Under the pieces are notes generated by a model. It was not told the DNA's origin and did no database searches. It was given only the letters and a program-made list of their open reading frames with translations. The position numbers and the translations under genes were made by a program. A DNA stretch of 64,000 bases from Methylotenera sp. GTDB taxonomy: Bacteria > Pseudomonadota > Gammaproteobacteria > Burkholderiales > Methylophilaceae. The stretch spans positions 16,300-80,299 of the forward strand of contig JACMNB010000022.1 of assembly GCA_014378845.1 (NCBI GenBank), written 5' to 3'. Shown piece after piece: positions 29,646 to 38,476 of this stretch (positions within the stretch are counted from its first letter, which is position 1; each line of letters opens with the position of its first letter).

Positions 29646-30857
29646 ATGAAAAGCAGTTTTTGGAAAGCCGGCCACACGCCCACATTATTATCAGCATTTT
29701 TGTATTTTGATTTAAGTTTTATGGTGTGGGTTTTATTAGGGCCATTAGCCGTACAAATGGCTACCAGCTTGCATCTTAGCCCCGCCCAAAAAGGATTGAT
29801 GGTTGCAACGCCTGTACTAGCTGGCGCGTTATTGCGCATTGTAATGGGCGTGTTGGTCGATCAAATCAAGCCAAAAATGGCTGGAATAATTGGGCAAATA
29901 ATTGTAATTGCAAGTTTACTAATCGCATGGTTGCATGGCATAGAAAACTTTCAGCAAGCCTTAATGTTGGGCATTGGCTTAGGTTTTGCAGGCGCGGCGT
30001 TTGCGGTTGCTTTGCCACTTGCTTCACGTTGGTATCCGCCAGAACATCAAGGCACGGCACTTGGCATTGCAGGTGCGGGCAACTCTGGCACTGTATTCGC
30101 TGCGCTTTTTGCACCAAGCTTGGCGGTGGCTTATGGTTGGAATAATGTATTTGGCTTAGCGTTAATCCCGCTTGGTATTGCGCTTGCGGTGTATATGATT
30201 TTTGCCAAAGATAGCCCAGAAACGCCACCAGCCAAGTCTTTAAGCCAATATTTGGCGATTTTAAAAGATAAAGACGCGTGGTGGTTTATGTTTTTTTACA
30301 GCGTAACCTTTGGCGGCTTTGTTGGTTTGGCGTCTAGCTTAACCATTTATTTTAACGATTTATACCATCTTGGCCCTGTGGTAGCTGGCTATTGCACTGC
30401 TGCTTGCGTATTTGCAGGCTCGCTTGTGCGCCCAATTGGCGGCCTAATTGCTGACCGTATTGGTGGTATTCGCACCTTGCTCACTATGTACACTTTGGCA
30501 GCCATTATGTTGGTGATAATGAGTTTTGGCCAGCCAACTTATGTGATGGCATTGGTCGTGATTATCCCTACCATGGCGATGTTGGGCATGGGTAATGGCG
30601 CAGTGTTTCAGCTGGTACCGCAACGCTTTCGCAAAGAAATTGGCGTGATGACAGGCTTAGTGGGCATGGCAGGTGGTGTGGGCGGTTTTTACTTGGCTGC
30701 AAGCTTAGGCTACTTTAAACAAAATACGGGTAGTTACCAAATTGGCTTGATGATTTTTGCTGGATTAGCCGTATTAGCCATGTTTGGTTTGATGGGCGTA
30801 AAAACGCGCTGGAGAACTACTTGGGGCAGTGCAACCGCTACAACAGCCAAAGTATAA
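29646..30857 (+). CDS. narK: MFS nitrate/nitrite transporter (NNP family)
   Basis: 403 aa, 12 TM, with NNP-like signature segments (GIAGAGNSGT, GLVGMAGGVGGF). Confidence 0.88.
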   Translation: MKSSFWKAGHTPTLLSAFLYFDLSFMVWVLLGPLAVQMATSLHLSPAQKGLMVATPVLAGALLRIVMGVLVDQIKPKMAGIIGQIIVIASLLIAWLHGIENFQQALMLGIGLGFAGAAFAVALPLASRWYPPEHQGTALGIAGAGNSGTVFAALFAPSLAVAYGWNNVFGLALIPLGIALAVYMIFAKDSPETPPAKSLSQYLAILKDKDAWWFMFFYSVTFGGFVGLASSLTIYFNDLYHLGPVVAGYCTAACVFAGSLVRPIGGLIADRIGGIRTLLTMYTLAAIMLVIMSFGQPTYVMALVVIIPTMAMLGMGNGAVFQLVPQRFRKEIGVMTGLVGMAGGVGGFYLAASLGYFKQNTGSYQIGLMIFAGLAVLAMFGLMGVKTRWRTTWGSATATTAKV

Positions 30858-30879
30858 AATGCCTATTGTATAATCTTGC

Positions 30880-32571
30880 ATGCCGTTAAAATTTGAAATA
30901 GGGCAATCTAGCCTGACTGGCCGGCGCGAGCGCAATGAAGATTACATTGGCGTCGTTACCCCGCTCGCCGAGCAATTAAGCGTTAAAGGTGCGTTAATTG
31001 CAGTGGCTGATGGCGTTAGCGGTAATGCAGGTGGCGGCGAGGCGGCGGAGATGACGGTACGCACAATCAGTGCCGATTATTACGCCACGCCCGATACTTG
31101 GCAGCCGCACCACGCGCTAGAAAAAGTGCTGGTGGCGGCTAATCGCTGGGTGCAAAGCCAAGCCAATGCTAACCGCGATATGGCGGGCATGGCAACGACC
31201 TTGTCGTTACTTGTGTTGCGTGGTCAGCGTTATTATTCGGCACATGTGGGTGATACGCGTATTTATTTGCTGCGCGATAATGGTTTGAAACAGCTCACAA
31301 CCGATCACGTATGGGATAGGCCTGATATGCGCCATGTACTAAAGCGCGCAGTTGGCTTAGATGCGCATTTAAGGGTTGATTTTGGCGAAGGCAACTTACA
31401 GATTGGTGATATTTTCGCATTGTTATCTGACGGCGTGTGGGATAGCCTAGGCGAGCAGGCAATTCACGCAGGCTTAACTAAATTTGATGCGCCAAAATTA
31501 GTGGCAGAATTCTTAACTGAAACTGCCCTTAAAAAAGGTAGCTTAGATAACAGCACTGCGGTTATTGTAAAAATTACCGACATTGGCAAAGAATCGCTAT
31601 CGGATTTAATCGCAGGTGGAAAGCAGCTGAATGTGCCACCCAAGCTTAAAGTGGGCGAGATTTTAGACGATTTTGAAGTGATAGAAGTGTTGCATGAATC
31701 GCGCGCCAGCTTGCTGTATAAAGTAAAAAATACTGATACTAATCAACTGTTTGTATTGAAAACCTTGCAGCCGCTATTAGCTAATGATTTAGATAGCTGC
31801 AATGCCTTACTTAACGAAGAATGGCTCGGTAGGCGCGTTGTATCGCAATATGTGCCGCAAATATTGCCATTATCGACCGAAAAACGCAGCAAATTATATT
31901 ATGTGATGAGCTGGTACGAGGGCGCAACCTTGCAGCAGCGCCTAGATAGCGGCCATCATTTCACCGTTGCCGGCACGGCTAAAATTGGTATTGAGATGAT
32001 GCGTGGGCTTGGCGCCTTGCACCGTTTAAGCATAATCCACCGCGATATTAAACCTGCCAATGTGTATATCGCCAGCGATCAACGGCTGCGTATTTTAGAT
32101 TTAGGCGTGGCTTACAGCATGAATGTGGGCAAAATTGAATCGATGCAGAATCCTGGCACCCCCAGTTTTATGGCACCAGAGTTGTATGATGGAAGCGATG
32201 CGAACGAGCAAAGCGATATTTACGCAGCAGGTGTTACACTTTATCACTTGCTAACCCGCAAATATCCGCATGGCGAAATTGAGCCGTTTCAGCATCCAAA
32301 ATTCGGCGAACCAACGGCTATTACGCGTTACCGTCCAGATATTCCCGCATGGTTGGACAATATTGTACAAAAAGCCATTACGGCAGATTTAAGCAAACGT
32401 TTTGAAACAGCCGAAGAAATGTTGCTGGCGCTGGAGCATGGCGAGTTGAAACCAATATCCGCACAGCGCACCCCGCTTATTGCGCGCGCACGCTTGGTAA
32501 AATGGCAGTGGATTGCTATTTTCTCTTTTATTATCAATATTTTATTGATTTATTTATTATTAGTCAGTTAA
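30880..32571 (+). CDS. bifunctional PP2C-type phosphatase / Ser-Thr protein kinase with C-terminal TM anchor
   Basis: 563 aa. The N-terminal half is PP2C (RERNEDYIG, VADGVSG, HVGDTRIY, LLSDGVWD). The C-terminal half is a Hanks kinase (VLKTL, HRDIKPANV, DLG, GTPSFMAPE). The last residues WQWIAIFSFIINILLIYLLLV form a TM helix. Confidence 0.9.
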   Translation: MPLKFEIGQSSLTGRRERNEDYIGVVTPLAEQLSVKGALIAVADGVSGNAGGGEAAEMTVRTISADYYATPDTWQPHHALEKVLVAANRWVQSQANANRDMAGMATTLSLLVLRGQRYYSAHVGDTRIYLLRDNGLKQLTTDHVWDRPDMRHVLKRAVGLDAHLRVDFGEGNLQIGDIFALLSDGVWDSLGEQAIHAGLTKFDAPKLVAEFLTETALKKGSLDNSTAVIVKITDIGKESLSDLIAGGKQLNVPPKLKVGEILDDFEVIEVLHESRASLLYKVKNTDTNQLFVLKTLQPLLANDLDSCNALLNEEWLGRRVVSQYVPQILPLSTEKRSKLYYVMSWYEGATLQQRLDSGHHFTVAGTAKIGIEMMRGLGALHRLSIIHRDIKPANVYIASDQRLRILDLGVAYSMNVGKIESMQNPGTPSFMAPELYDGSDANEQSDIYAAGVTLYHLLTRKYPHGEIEPFQHPKFGEPTAITRYRPDIPAWLDNIVQKAITADLSKRFETAEEMLLALEHGELKPISAQRTPLIARARLVKWQWIAIFSFIINILLIYLLLVS

Positions 32572-32580
32572 GGTTACAGC

Positions 32581-32910
32581 ATGAGCAATTGGATAAAAGT
32601 AGCACCGTTTGATGATGTGCCAAAGTTAGGCGCACGCGTTGTTCGCACTAAAAACAAAGAAGGCGATGACCTTGAAATTGGCGTATTTCGGCTAGAAGAT
32701 GACCGTATTTTTGCTATTAATAACAAATGCCCGCATAAAGCTGGGCCTTTGTCACAAGGCATTGTCTATGGCGATAAAGTAGCCTGCCCAATGCACAACT
32801 GGAAAATTAGTTTGGTCACAGGAAAAGCCGAAGAGCCTGATGTTGGTGAAACGGCATGCTTTAACACCAAAGTTGAAAATGGCTTTATTTATTTAGAGTT
32901 AAAAACTTAG
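32581..32910 (+). CDS. nirD: nitrite reductase small subunit (Rieske-like fold)
   Basis: 109 aa: GARVVRT...IGVFRLEDDRIFAINNKCPHKAGPLSQGIVYGDKVACPMHNWKISLVTG. Confidence 0.9.
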   Translation: MSNWIKVAPFDDVPKLGARVVRTKNKEGDDLEIGVFRLEDDRIFAINNKCPHKAGPLSQGIVYGDKVACPMHNWKISLVTGKAEEPDVGETACFNTKVENGFIYLELKT

Positions 32911-33070
32911 AACCTAAAAGCTTCCAACTTAAAAACCAGTCAGCCACCGATAAACACAAATGCACACAAATAAATTCGATAACCTTCATTTAGCTAAAAT
33001 TTACAGACTGCCTGTTATCAATGCTTTGGATGCTAATCATCTATATTCGTCTTTGGCTCATTTTTAAATC

Positions 33071-35881
33071 ATGATTAAACAAACCAAATCAACTTGTTGC
33101 TACTGCGGCGTGGGTTGCGGGGTGATTATTCATTCAAAAAATGATGTCATTATTGACGTTAAAGGCGACCCATCGCACCCCGCCAATTTTGGACGTCTTT
33201 GCACCAAAGGCGCCACGTTGCACTTAACCGCAACGCTGGACAACCGCGCACTTTACCCTGAGATGCGCTTATCCCGCGAGGCGACGCGTAAGCGCGTTTC
33301 ATGGGACGTTTCACTTGATTACTTAACCGAGAAATTCGCCCAAACTATTGAAAAATTTGGGCCAGATTCAGTTGCTTTTTATATCTCTGGTCAGTTAATG
33401 ACCGAAGATTATTACGTGTTTAACAAGCTCGCCAAAGGTTTAATTGGCACTAATAATGTTGATACTAATTCACGACTTTGTATGTCATCAGCGGTGGCAG
33501 GCTACAAAGTCACATTGGGTGCAGATGCGCCACCTGCCTGTTATGAGGACATCGATTACTGCAATACTTTATTTATTGCAGGCAGCAACACCGCTTTTGC
33601 GCACCCCATTATTTTTAGGCGCATAGAAGACGCAAAAGCCAACAATCCACATTTAAAAATTATAGTCGTAGACCCGCGTAAAACTGACACCGCACAAGCG
33701 GCCGATTTGCATTTAGCCATTTTGCCAGGCACCGATGTGGCGTTATTTAATGGCCTGCTGCACGTAATGTTGTGGGAGGGCTTGCTGGATATGGACTACA
33801 TCCGCCAGCATACGAATGGTTTTGATGCACTAAAAGATACGGTGCGCGAATACACGCCAAAAATGGTGTCCGATATTTGCGGCATTAAAGAGGCCGATAT
33901 TATTCAAGCCGCTAAATGGTTTGGCGCTGGACCGACGCTCAGCATGTATTGCATGGGCTTGAACCAAAGCGTACATGGCACCGATAAAAATGCGGCTTTA
34001 ATTAACTTGCACCTTGCCACAGGCCAAATTGGCAAGCCTGGCGCAGGGCCGTTTTCACTCACAGGCCAGCCCAACGCCATGGGCGGGCGCGAAGTAGGCG
34101 GTATGGCGAATTTACTGTCTGGCCATAGGGATTTAGCTAATGCAGCACACCGAGCTGAAATAGCCAAAATTTGGGGTATAGAAAGTGTGCCCGAAGTGCC
34201 TGGTAAAACTGCCATCGAAATGTTTGATGCTGTTAAAAGCGGTGAGATAAAAGCCATTTGGATTGCCTGCACCAACCCCGCGCAATCGATGCCAGACCTT
34301 AACAACGTGCTTGCTGCACTTGAAACTGCCGAATTAGTTGTCGTGCAAGATGCGTTTAACAATACCGATACTTGCAAGTATGCCGATGTTTTACTACCTG
34401 CCAGCACATGGGGCGAGAAGGAAGGCACTGTCACCAACTCTGAACGCCGCATTACTCGCGTCAACCCCGCCGTGCCGCCACCTGCCGAGGCCAAACAAGA
34501 TTGGGCGATTATGGTAGATTTTGCGCAACGTTTAGAAAAACGCCTCGCAGCCAAACTCCCCTCGCCCGTTAGCGCGCGCCAGCCAACGCCATACTCAATA
34601 AGCTCGGCTGGGGGAGAGGGGGGGCGCTTGAGAGAAGCAACAGCAGCAACACTATTCCCATTCAACAATACCGAAGATATTTTTAACGAACACCGTGAAA
34701 CTACGCGTGGTCGCGACCTTGATATTACTGGCTTGAGCTACGCGCTGCTTAACGAGCAAGGCCCACAACAATGGCCGTTTTTAGTGGGTGATACCGCGGG
34801 TAAAGCGCGTTTATATATCGATGGAACTTTCCAAAAATCTGATGGTAAAGCACAATTTATCAACGCTGTGTATAAAGGCACCGCCGATAAAACTGATGCG
34901 CGCCACCCATTACATTTGTTAACAGGTCGACTGCGCGACCAATGGCACGGCATGAGCCGCACAGGCCGTGCGGCACAACTGTATAATCATGTAGAAGAAG
35001 CCAGCATCAATATGAGTGCAGACGACATGACGCGCCGTGATTTAAAATTGGGTGATATTGTTAAAGTCAGCAATAAGCGTGGCAGTCTTGTTTTGCCTGT
35101 GTTGATGAGTGATGAAGTGCAGCCCGCGCAAACCTTCATTGCCATGCATTGGGGCAGCCAGTTTATGCATGGCTTGGGTGTCAACGCGCTAATGCCGCCA
35201 AACTTTGATAAAACATCCAAGCAGCCTGAGCTGAAGCACACAGCGATAAAAATTGAAAAGCTAGAGCTGCCTTGGCGCATGACGGTGATGCGGTCACTAA
35301 AGGAATTAAACCAGCTGCAAGCCATTCGTACATTGCTGCCCAATTTCAGGCATGCCAGTTGCGGCCTATTTGGGCGCGAATCTGAACATGGTATTGGCAT
35401 ACTGATGATGCGTGCCGCACATGACATTGCCGTTGAGAGTGATATTATTGACAAAATTGATACCATTTTAGGCATGACAGACGACGCGCCTTGCCTGAAC
35501 TATAACGATGCCAAGCGTGGTATCAGTAAACGTATTTTGGTCGAAAATAATTCCACTGACAGCAAACTAGAAGTCACAGGTGTGCGATTAGTCGGCGAAA
35601 CGCTGGCCGCCGATTGGCTAAAAGACGTGATGGCCACAGGCCAATTTAACGACGAGCTACGCCACTGGGCGCTTGCGCCTTTATCTGCGCCGCCAACTGG
35701 GCAGCGTGGGCGTGGTAAAATCATCTGTAATTGTTTAGATATTTCACAAAACGAAATTGTTGACAATATTGGCCTTGGCGCCGATTTAATCACTTTGCAA
35801 AATAAGCTCAAATGCGGCACAGAGTGTGGTTCTTGCGTACCAGAACTGAGGCGATTAGTGCGCGAGCATGCTAAGTTTTAA
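33071..35881 (+). CDS. nasA: assimilatory nitrate reductase catalytic subunit (Mo-bisMGD) with C-terminal BFD-like 2Fe-2S domain
   Basis: 936 aa with the N-terminal 4Fe-4S motif CCYCGVGCG...C, molybdopterin oxidoreductase core, and C-terminal CNCLDISQNEI...CGTECGSCVPEL. Confidence 0.95.
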   Translation: MIKQTKSTCCYCGVGCGVIIHSKNDVIIDVKGDPSHPANFGRLCTKGATLHLTATLDNRALYPEMRLSREATRKRVSWDVSLDYLTEKFAQTIEKFGPDSVAFYISGQLMTEDYYVFNKLAKGLIGTNNVDTNSRLCMSSAVAGYKVTLGADAPPACYEDIDYCNTLFIAGSNTAFAHPIIFRRIEDAKANNPHLKIIVVDPRKTDTAQAADLHLAILPGTDVALFNGLLHVMLWEGLLDMDYIRQHTNGFDALKDTVREYTPKMVSDICGIKEADIIQAAKWFGAGPTLSMYCMGLNQSVHGTDKNAALINLHLATGQIGKPGAGPFSLTGQPNAMGGREVGGMANLLSGHRDLANAAHRAEIAKIWGIESVPEVPGKTAIEMFDAVKSGEIKAIWIACTNPAQSMPDLNNVLAALETAELVVVQDAFNNTDTCKYADVLLPASTWGEKEGTVTNSERRITRVNPAVPPPAEAKQDWAIMVDFAQRLEKRLAAKLPSPVSARQPTPYSISSAGGEGGRLREATAATLFPFNNTEDIFNEHRETTRGRDLDITGLSYALLNEQGPQQWPFLVGDTAGKARLYIDGTFQKSDGKAQFINAVYKGTADKTDARHPLHLLTGRLRDQWHGMSRTGRAAQLYNHVEEASINMSADDMTRRDLKLGDIVKVSNKRGSLVLPVLMSDEVQPAQTFIAMHWGSQFMHGLGVNALMPPNFDKTSKQPELKHTAIKIEKLELPWRMTVMRSLKELNQLQAIRTLLPNFRHASCGLFGRESEHGIGILMMRAAHDIAVESDIIDKIDTILGMTDDAPCLNYNDAKRGISKRILVENNSTDSKLEVTGVRLVGETLAADWLKDVMATGQFNDELRHWALAPLSAPPTGQRGRGKIICNCLDISQNEIVDNIGLGADLITLQNKLKCGTECGSCVPELRRLVREHAKF

Positions 35882-35985
35882 ATAAGTGTGCGCGCAGAAT
35901 TTTAATTTCTAATAAAACCAACTCGCGCATAACATTCACAAGCGCTATTTCATGTGTACAATAAGCACTTGCAAAAGGGTTTATC

Positions 35986-36309
35986 ATGAAAAGTTATTCT
36001 GAGATTGAAGCAAGCGATCTATTCGAGCTAGTCACCAAGCCAAAAGTGCTGTTGGTGGATGTGCGCAACGACGATGAAGTGGCGCGCGGCATTATTCCTG
36101 GCGCGATGCATATTCAATTATCGATGTTGCCGCTACAATACGAAAAGCTAATGAATGCAAACACGGTGGTATTCTACTGTCATAGCGGTGTGCGCTCGGC
36201 TCATGCGGCCGATTTTGCGGTCAACAAAGGCGTTAAAGATGTGTTTAACTTGGTCGGCGGTGTGATTGCATGGGGTAAAGCGGGCTATTTGTTAAGCAAG
36301 AAAAAATAA
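35986..36309 (+). CDS. single-domain rhodanese sulfurtransferase
   Basis: 107 aa with active-site loop VFYCHSGVRSAHAA. Confidence 0.85.
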   Translation: MKSYSEIEASDLFELVTKPKVLLVDVRNDDEVARGIIPGAMHIQLSMLPLQYEKLMNANTVVFYCHSGVRSAHAADFAVNKGVKDVFNLVGGVIAWGKAGYLLSKKK

Positions 36310-36340
36310 TCAATACAGTTGATGGGATGATTGGAAATCA

Positions 36341-36574
36341 ATGGAATTCGATAAAGAACTAGATGCAAAAAATTTGAATTGCCCTTTGCCAATTTTGCGC
36401 TGCAAAAAAGGCTTAAGTGAAATAGAAGCGGGTCAAACTTTAAAAATCATGGCAACTGACCCTGGCGCTACAAAAGACTTTCAAGCATTTTGTAAGCAAA
36501 CTGGTCACGAGCTGTTGCAACTAGATGACGCAGATGGCGTACTGACGTTTTATATTAAAAAACGCGCTGACTAG
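36341..36574 (+). CDS. tusA: TusA-family sulfur carrier protein
   Basis: 77 aa with LDAKNLNCPLPILRCKK (CPxP motif). Confidence 0.85.
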   Translation: MEFDKELDAKNLNCPLPILRCKKGLSEIEAGQTLKIMATDPGATKDFQAFCKQTGHELLQLDDADGVLTFYIKKRAD

Positions 36575-37062
36575 TGCCTTCAATGGCTACAGGCCGACCC
36601 AAAAAGCTCGCTTTAATTGCCTCTAAAGGCTCACTAGACTGGGCTTATCCGCCGTTCATATTGGCCTCTACCGCTGCCGCGCTCGATTACGATGTACAAA
36701 TATTTTTCACGTTTTATGGCTTAACATTGCTTAAAAAAGATTTAAGTGATTTAAAAGTTTCACCATTTGGCAACCCCGCCATGCCAATGCCTGTACCCAT
36801 GCCAAACTTGGTGCAAGTGCTGCCAGGCATGGAAAGCATGGCCACCATGATGATGAAACAAAAAATTGCCAGCAAAGGCGTCGCGAGTATTGAAGAGCTG
36901 CGTAGCGCCTGTATTGAAGCGGGTGTTAAGTTAATTGCTTGCCAGATGACGGTGGATTTATTCGATTTTAAAAAAACTGATTTTATTGATGACATTGAAT
37001 ATGGCGGCGCAGCCACTTTTTTTGAATTTGCGGGCGAATCAAACGTGAATTTGTTTATTTAA
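36574..37062 (+). CDS. DsrE/DsrF/DrsH-like family protein
   Basis: KKLALIASKGSLDWAYPPFILASTAAALDYDVQIFFTFYGL and LIACQMTVDLF. The GTG at 36574 overlaps the tusA stop; the ATG at 36583 is an alternative start. Confidence 0.78.
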   Translation: MPSMATGRPKKLALIASKGSLDWAYPPFILASTAAALDYDVQIFFTFYGLTLLKKDLSDLKVSPFGNPAMPMPVPMPNLVQVLPGMESMATMMMKQKIASKGVASIEELRSACIEAGVKLIACQMTVDLFDFKKTDFIDDIEYGGAATFFEFAGESNVNLFI

Positions 37063-37083
37063 ATTAATAATTTAGGAATAACA

Positions 37084-38127
37084 ATGAGTAAGGGACTAAG
37101 GTTGTCAGAAAAATGGTTTAACCGCGGCTTATGGCTAATTGCGTTTATTTTTGCCAGCTTTTTAATTGGGCTTGGCAGCACTATTATTGGCGATTTGCCG
37201 CAGGTAGAAAAAAACTACACCATAGAGGATTTTATTGATAAACCCGCCGCAGAGACTATCCGAGCAAATTTAAAAGAAGCTGGCCGCATTCGCACCGATT
37301 TATACGACCAAGCCAATCAAGCGCAAGTTAAATTAACCGCCGCCAATAACAATTATAATAGTGCCAAAGATACCTTTAATAACTGGATAGCTACTCGCCA
37401 AGCGACTGAACAAAACAGTCAAAATGATGAGGTTATCAAACGCACCAATGCCTTGGATGAGTTAAAAGTGCAGGAGCGTAAAGCCACGGTAGAAGTGGAC
37501 AAAGTGGCGCAATTATCAGTGGATGCCGAGCAAAATGAACGCAAATTGCACGAGAAACTTAGTGTCTTAGAAACCGCTGCGCAAAAACAATTGGATGCCA
37601 AATGGCGTAGCCAAGAAACCCATGTATTTTTGTATCGCCTAGCATTGACCCTGCCCTTGCTTGGCATTGCTAGCTGGCTATTTGCTAAAAAACGTAAAAC
37701 CACTTACTGGCCTTTTGTGTGGGGCTTTATTTACTTTGCGCTATTTGCATTTTTTGTTGAGCTGGTGCCGTATTTGCCCAGCTACGGCGGCTATATTCGG
37801 TATATTGTGGGCATTGCATTAACGGTAATTGCAGGTCGTTACGCCATTATTTCACTCAATCAATATTTAGAAAAACAAAAACTGGCCGAAGCGCAACCAC
37901 AAGTAGTCCGGCGCGAAGAGTTAAGTTACGATGTTGCATTAACGCGCTTAAGTAAAGGCGTTTGCCCTGGTTGTGAGCGGGGTGTAGATTTAAAAGATGC
38001 GCGCAACGACTTTTGCCCGCATTGTGGCATTGGTTTGCATAACAAATGTGGCGCTTGCGGCTTTCGCAAAAGCGCATTTAGTAAATTTTGTAATGGTTGC
38101 GGCGCGCAAGCTGCTATTAGCGCCTAA
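37084..38127 (+). CDS. membrane protein with coiled-coil region and C-terminal double zinc ribbon
   Basis: 347 aa: N-terminal TM, long coiled coil, about 3 further TM helices, then CPGC...CPHC...CGAC...CNGC. Confidence 0.65.
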   Translation: MSKGLRLSEKWFNRGLWLIAFIFASFLIGLGSTIIGDLPQVEKNYTIEDFIDKPAAETIRANLKEAGRIRTDLYDQANQAQVKLTAANNNYNSAKDTFNNWIATRQATEQNSQNDEVIKRTNALDELKVQERKATVEVDKVAQLSVDAEQNERKLHEKLSVLETAAQKQLDAKWRSQETHVFLYRLALTLPLLGIASWLFAKKRKTTYWPFVWGFIYFALFAFFVELVPYLPSYGGYIRYIVGIALTVIAGRYAIISLNQYLEKQKLAEAQPQVVRREELSYDVALTRLSKGVCPGCERGVDLKDARNDFCPHCGIGLHNKCGACGFRKSAFSKFCNGCGAQAAISA

Positions 38128-38268
38128 AATAAATTGTTAATTGCGGGGAAATATATCTCCGCAATCCAGTGATTATGTGGCTTTCTCATTCGGTTAGGTG
38201 CTTAAGCTTAACTAGAATGCTGATGCCAAGAACTGTTACAGAGCCATTAAATAATAAGTTTTGTTATT

Positions 38269-38475
38269 TCATTTGTTTGGCATTTGTTGCTGTAACGCTT
38301 TTACAAACTCTGAAATATCCCACTCGCAACCGCTGCAGCCAGTGTTCACCCCTGTCCACTGCGAAATAGCCTCAAAATCTTTACCTTGCATGACTAAATC
38401 GTAAATTTTGCCGCGTGTGGTTCCGCTGCAAGTGCACATAATTTCATCGGCTAAATTTTGTATTTGTTCTGTCAC
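38269..38475 (-). CDS. BFD-like (2Fe-2S)-binding small protein
   Basis: 68 aa with CTCSGTTRGKI...GCSGCEWD (CxC...CxxC). The GTG start is 1 nt after the valS stop. Confidence 0.75.
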   Translation of the reverse strand: MTEQIQNLADEIMCTCSGTTRGKIYDLVMQGKDFEAISQWTGVNTGCSGCEWDISEFVKALQQQMPNK

Positions 38476-38476
38476 A

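Noticed and set aside
33904-35820. Series of long minus-strand ORFs (254, 74, 162 and 106 aa)
   Set aside because: All are antisense shadows inside the 936-aa nitrate reductase gene, whose motifs are continuous on the plus strand.
38169-38369. 66-aa plus-strand ORF downstream of the zinc-ribbon gene
   Set aside because: It overlaps the better-supported minus-strand BFD-like ORF and has no RBS or motif support.
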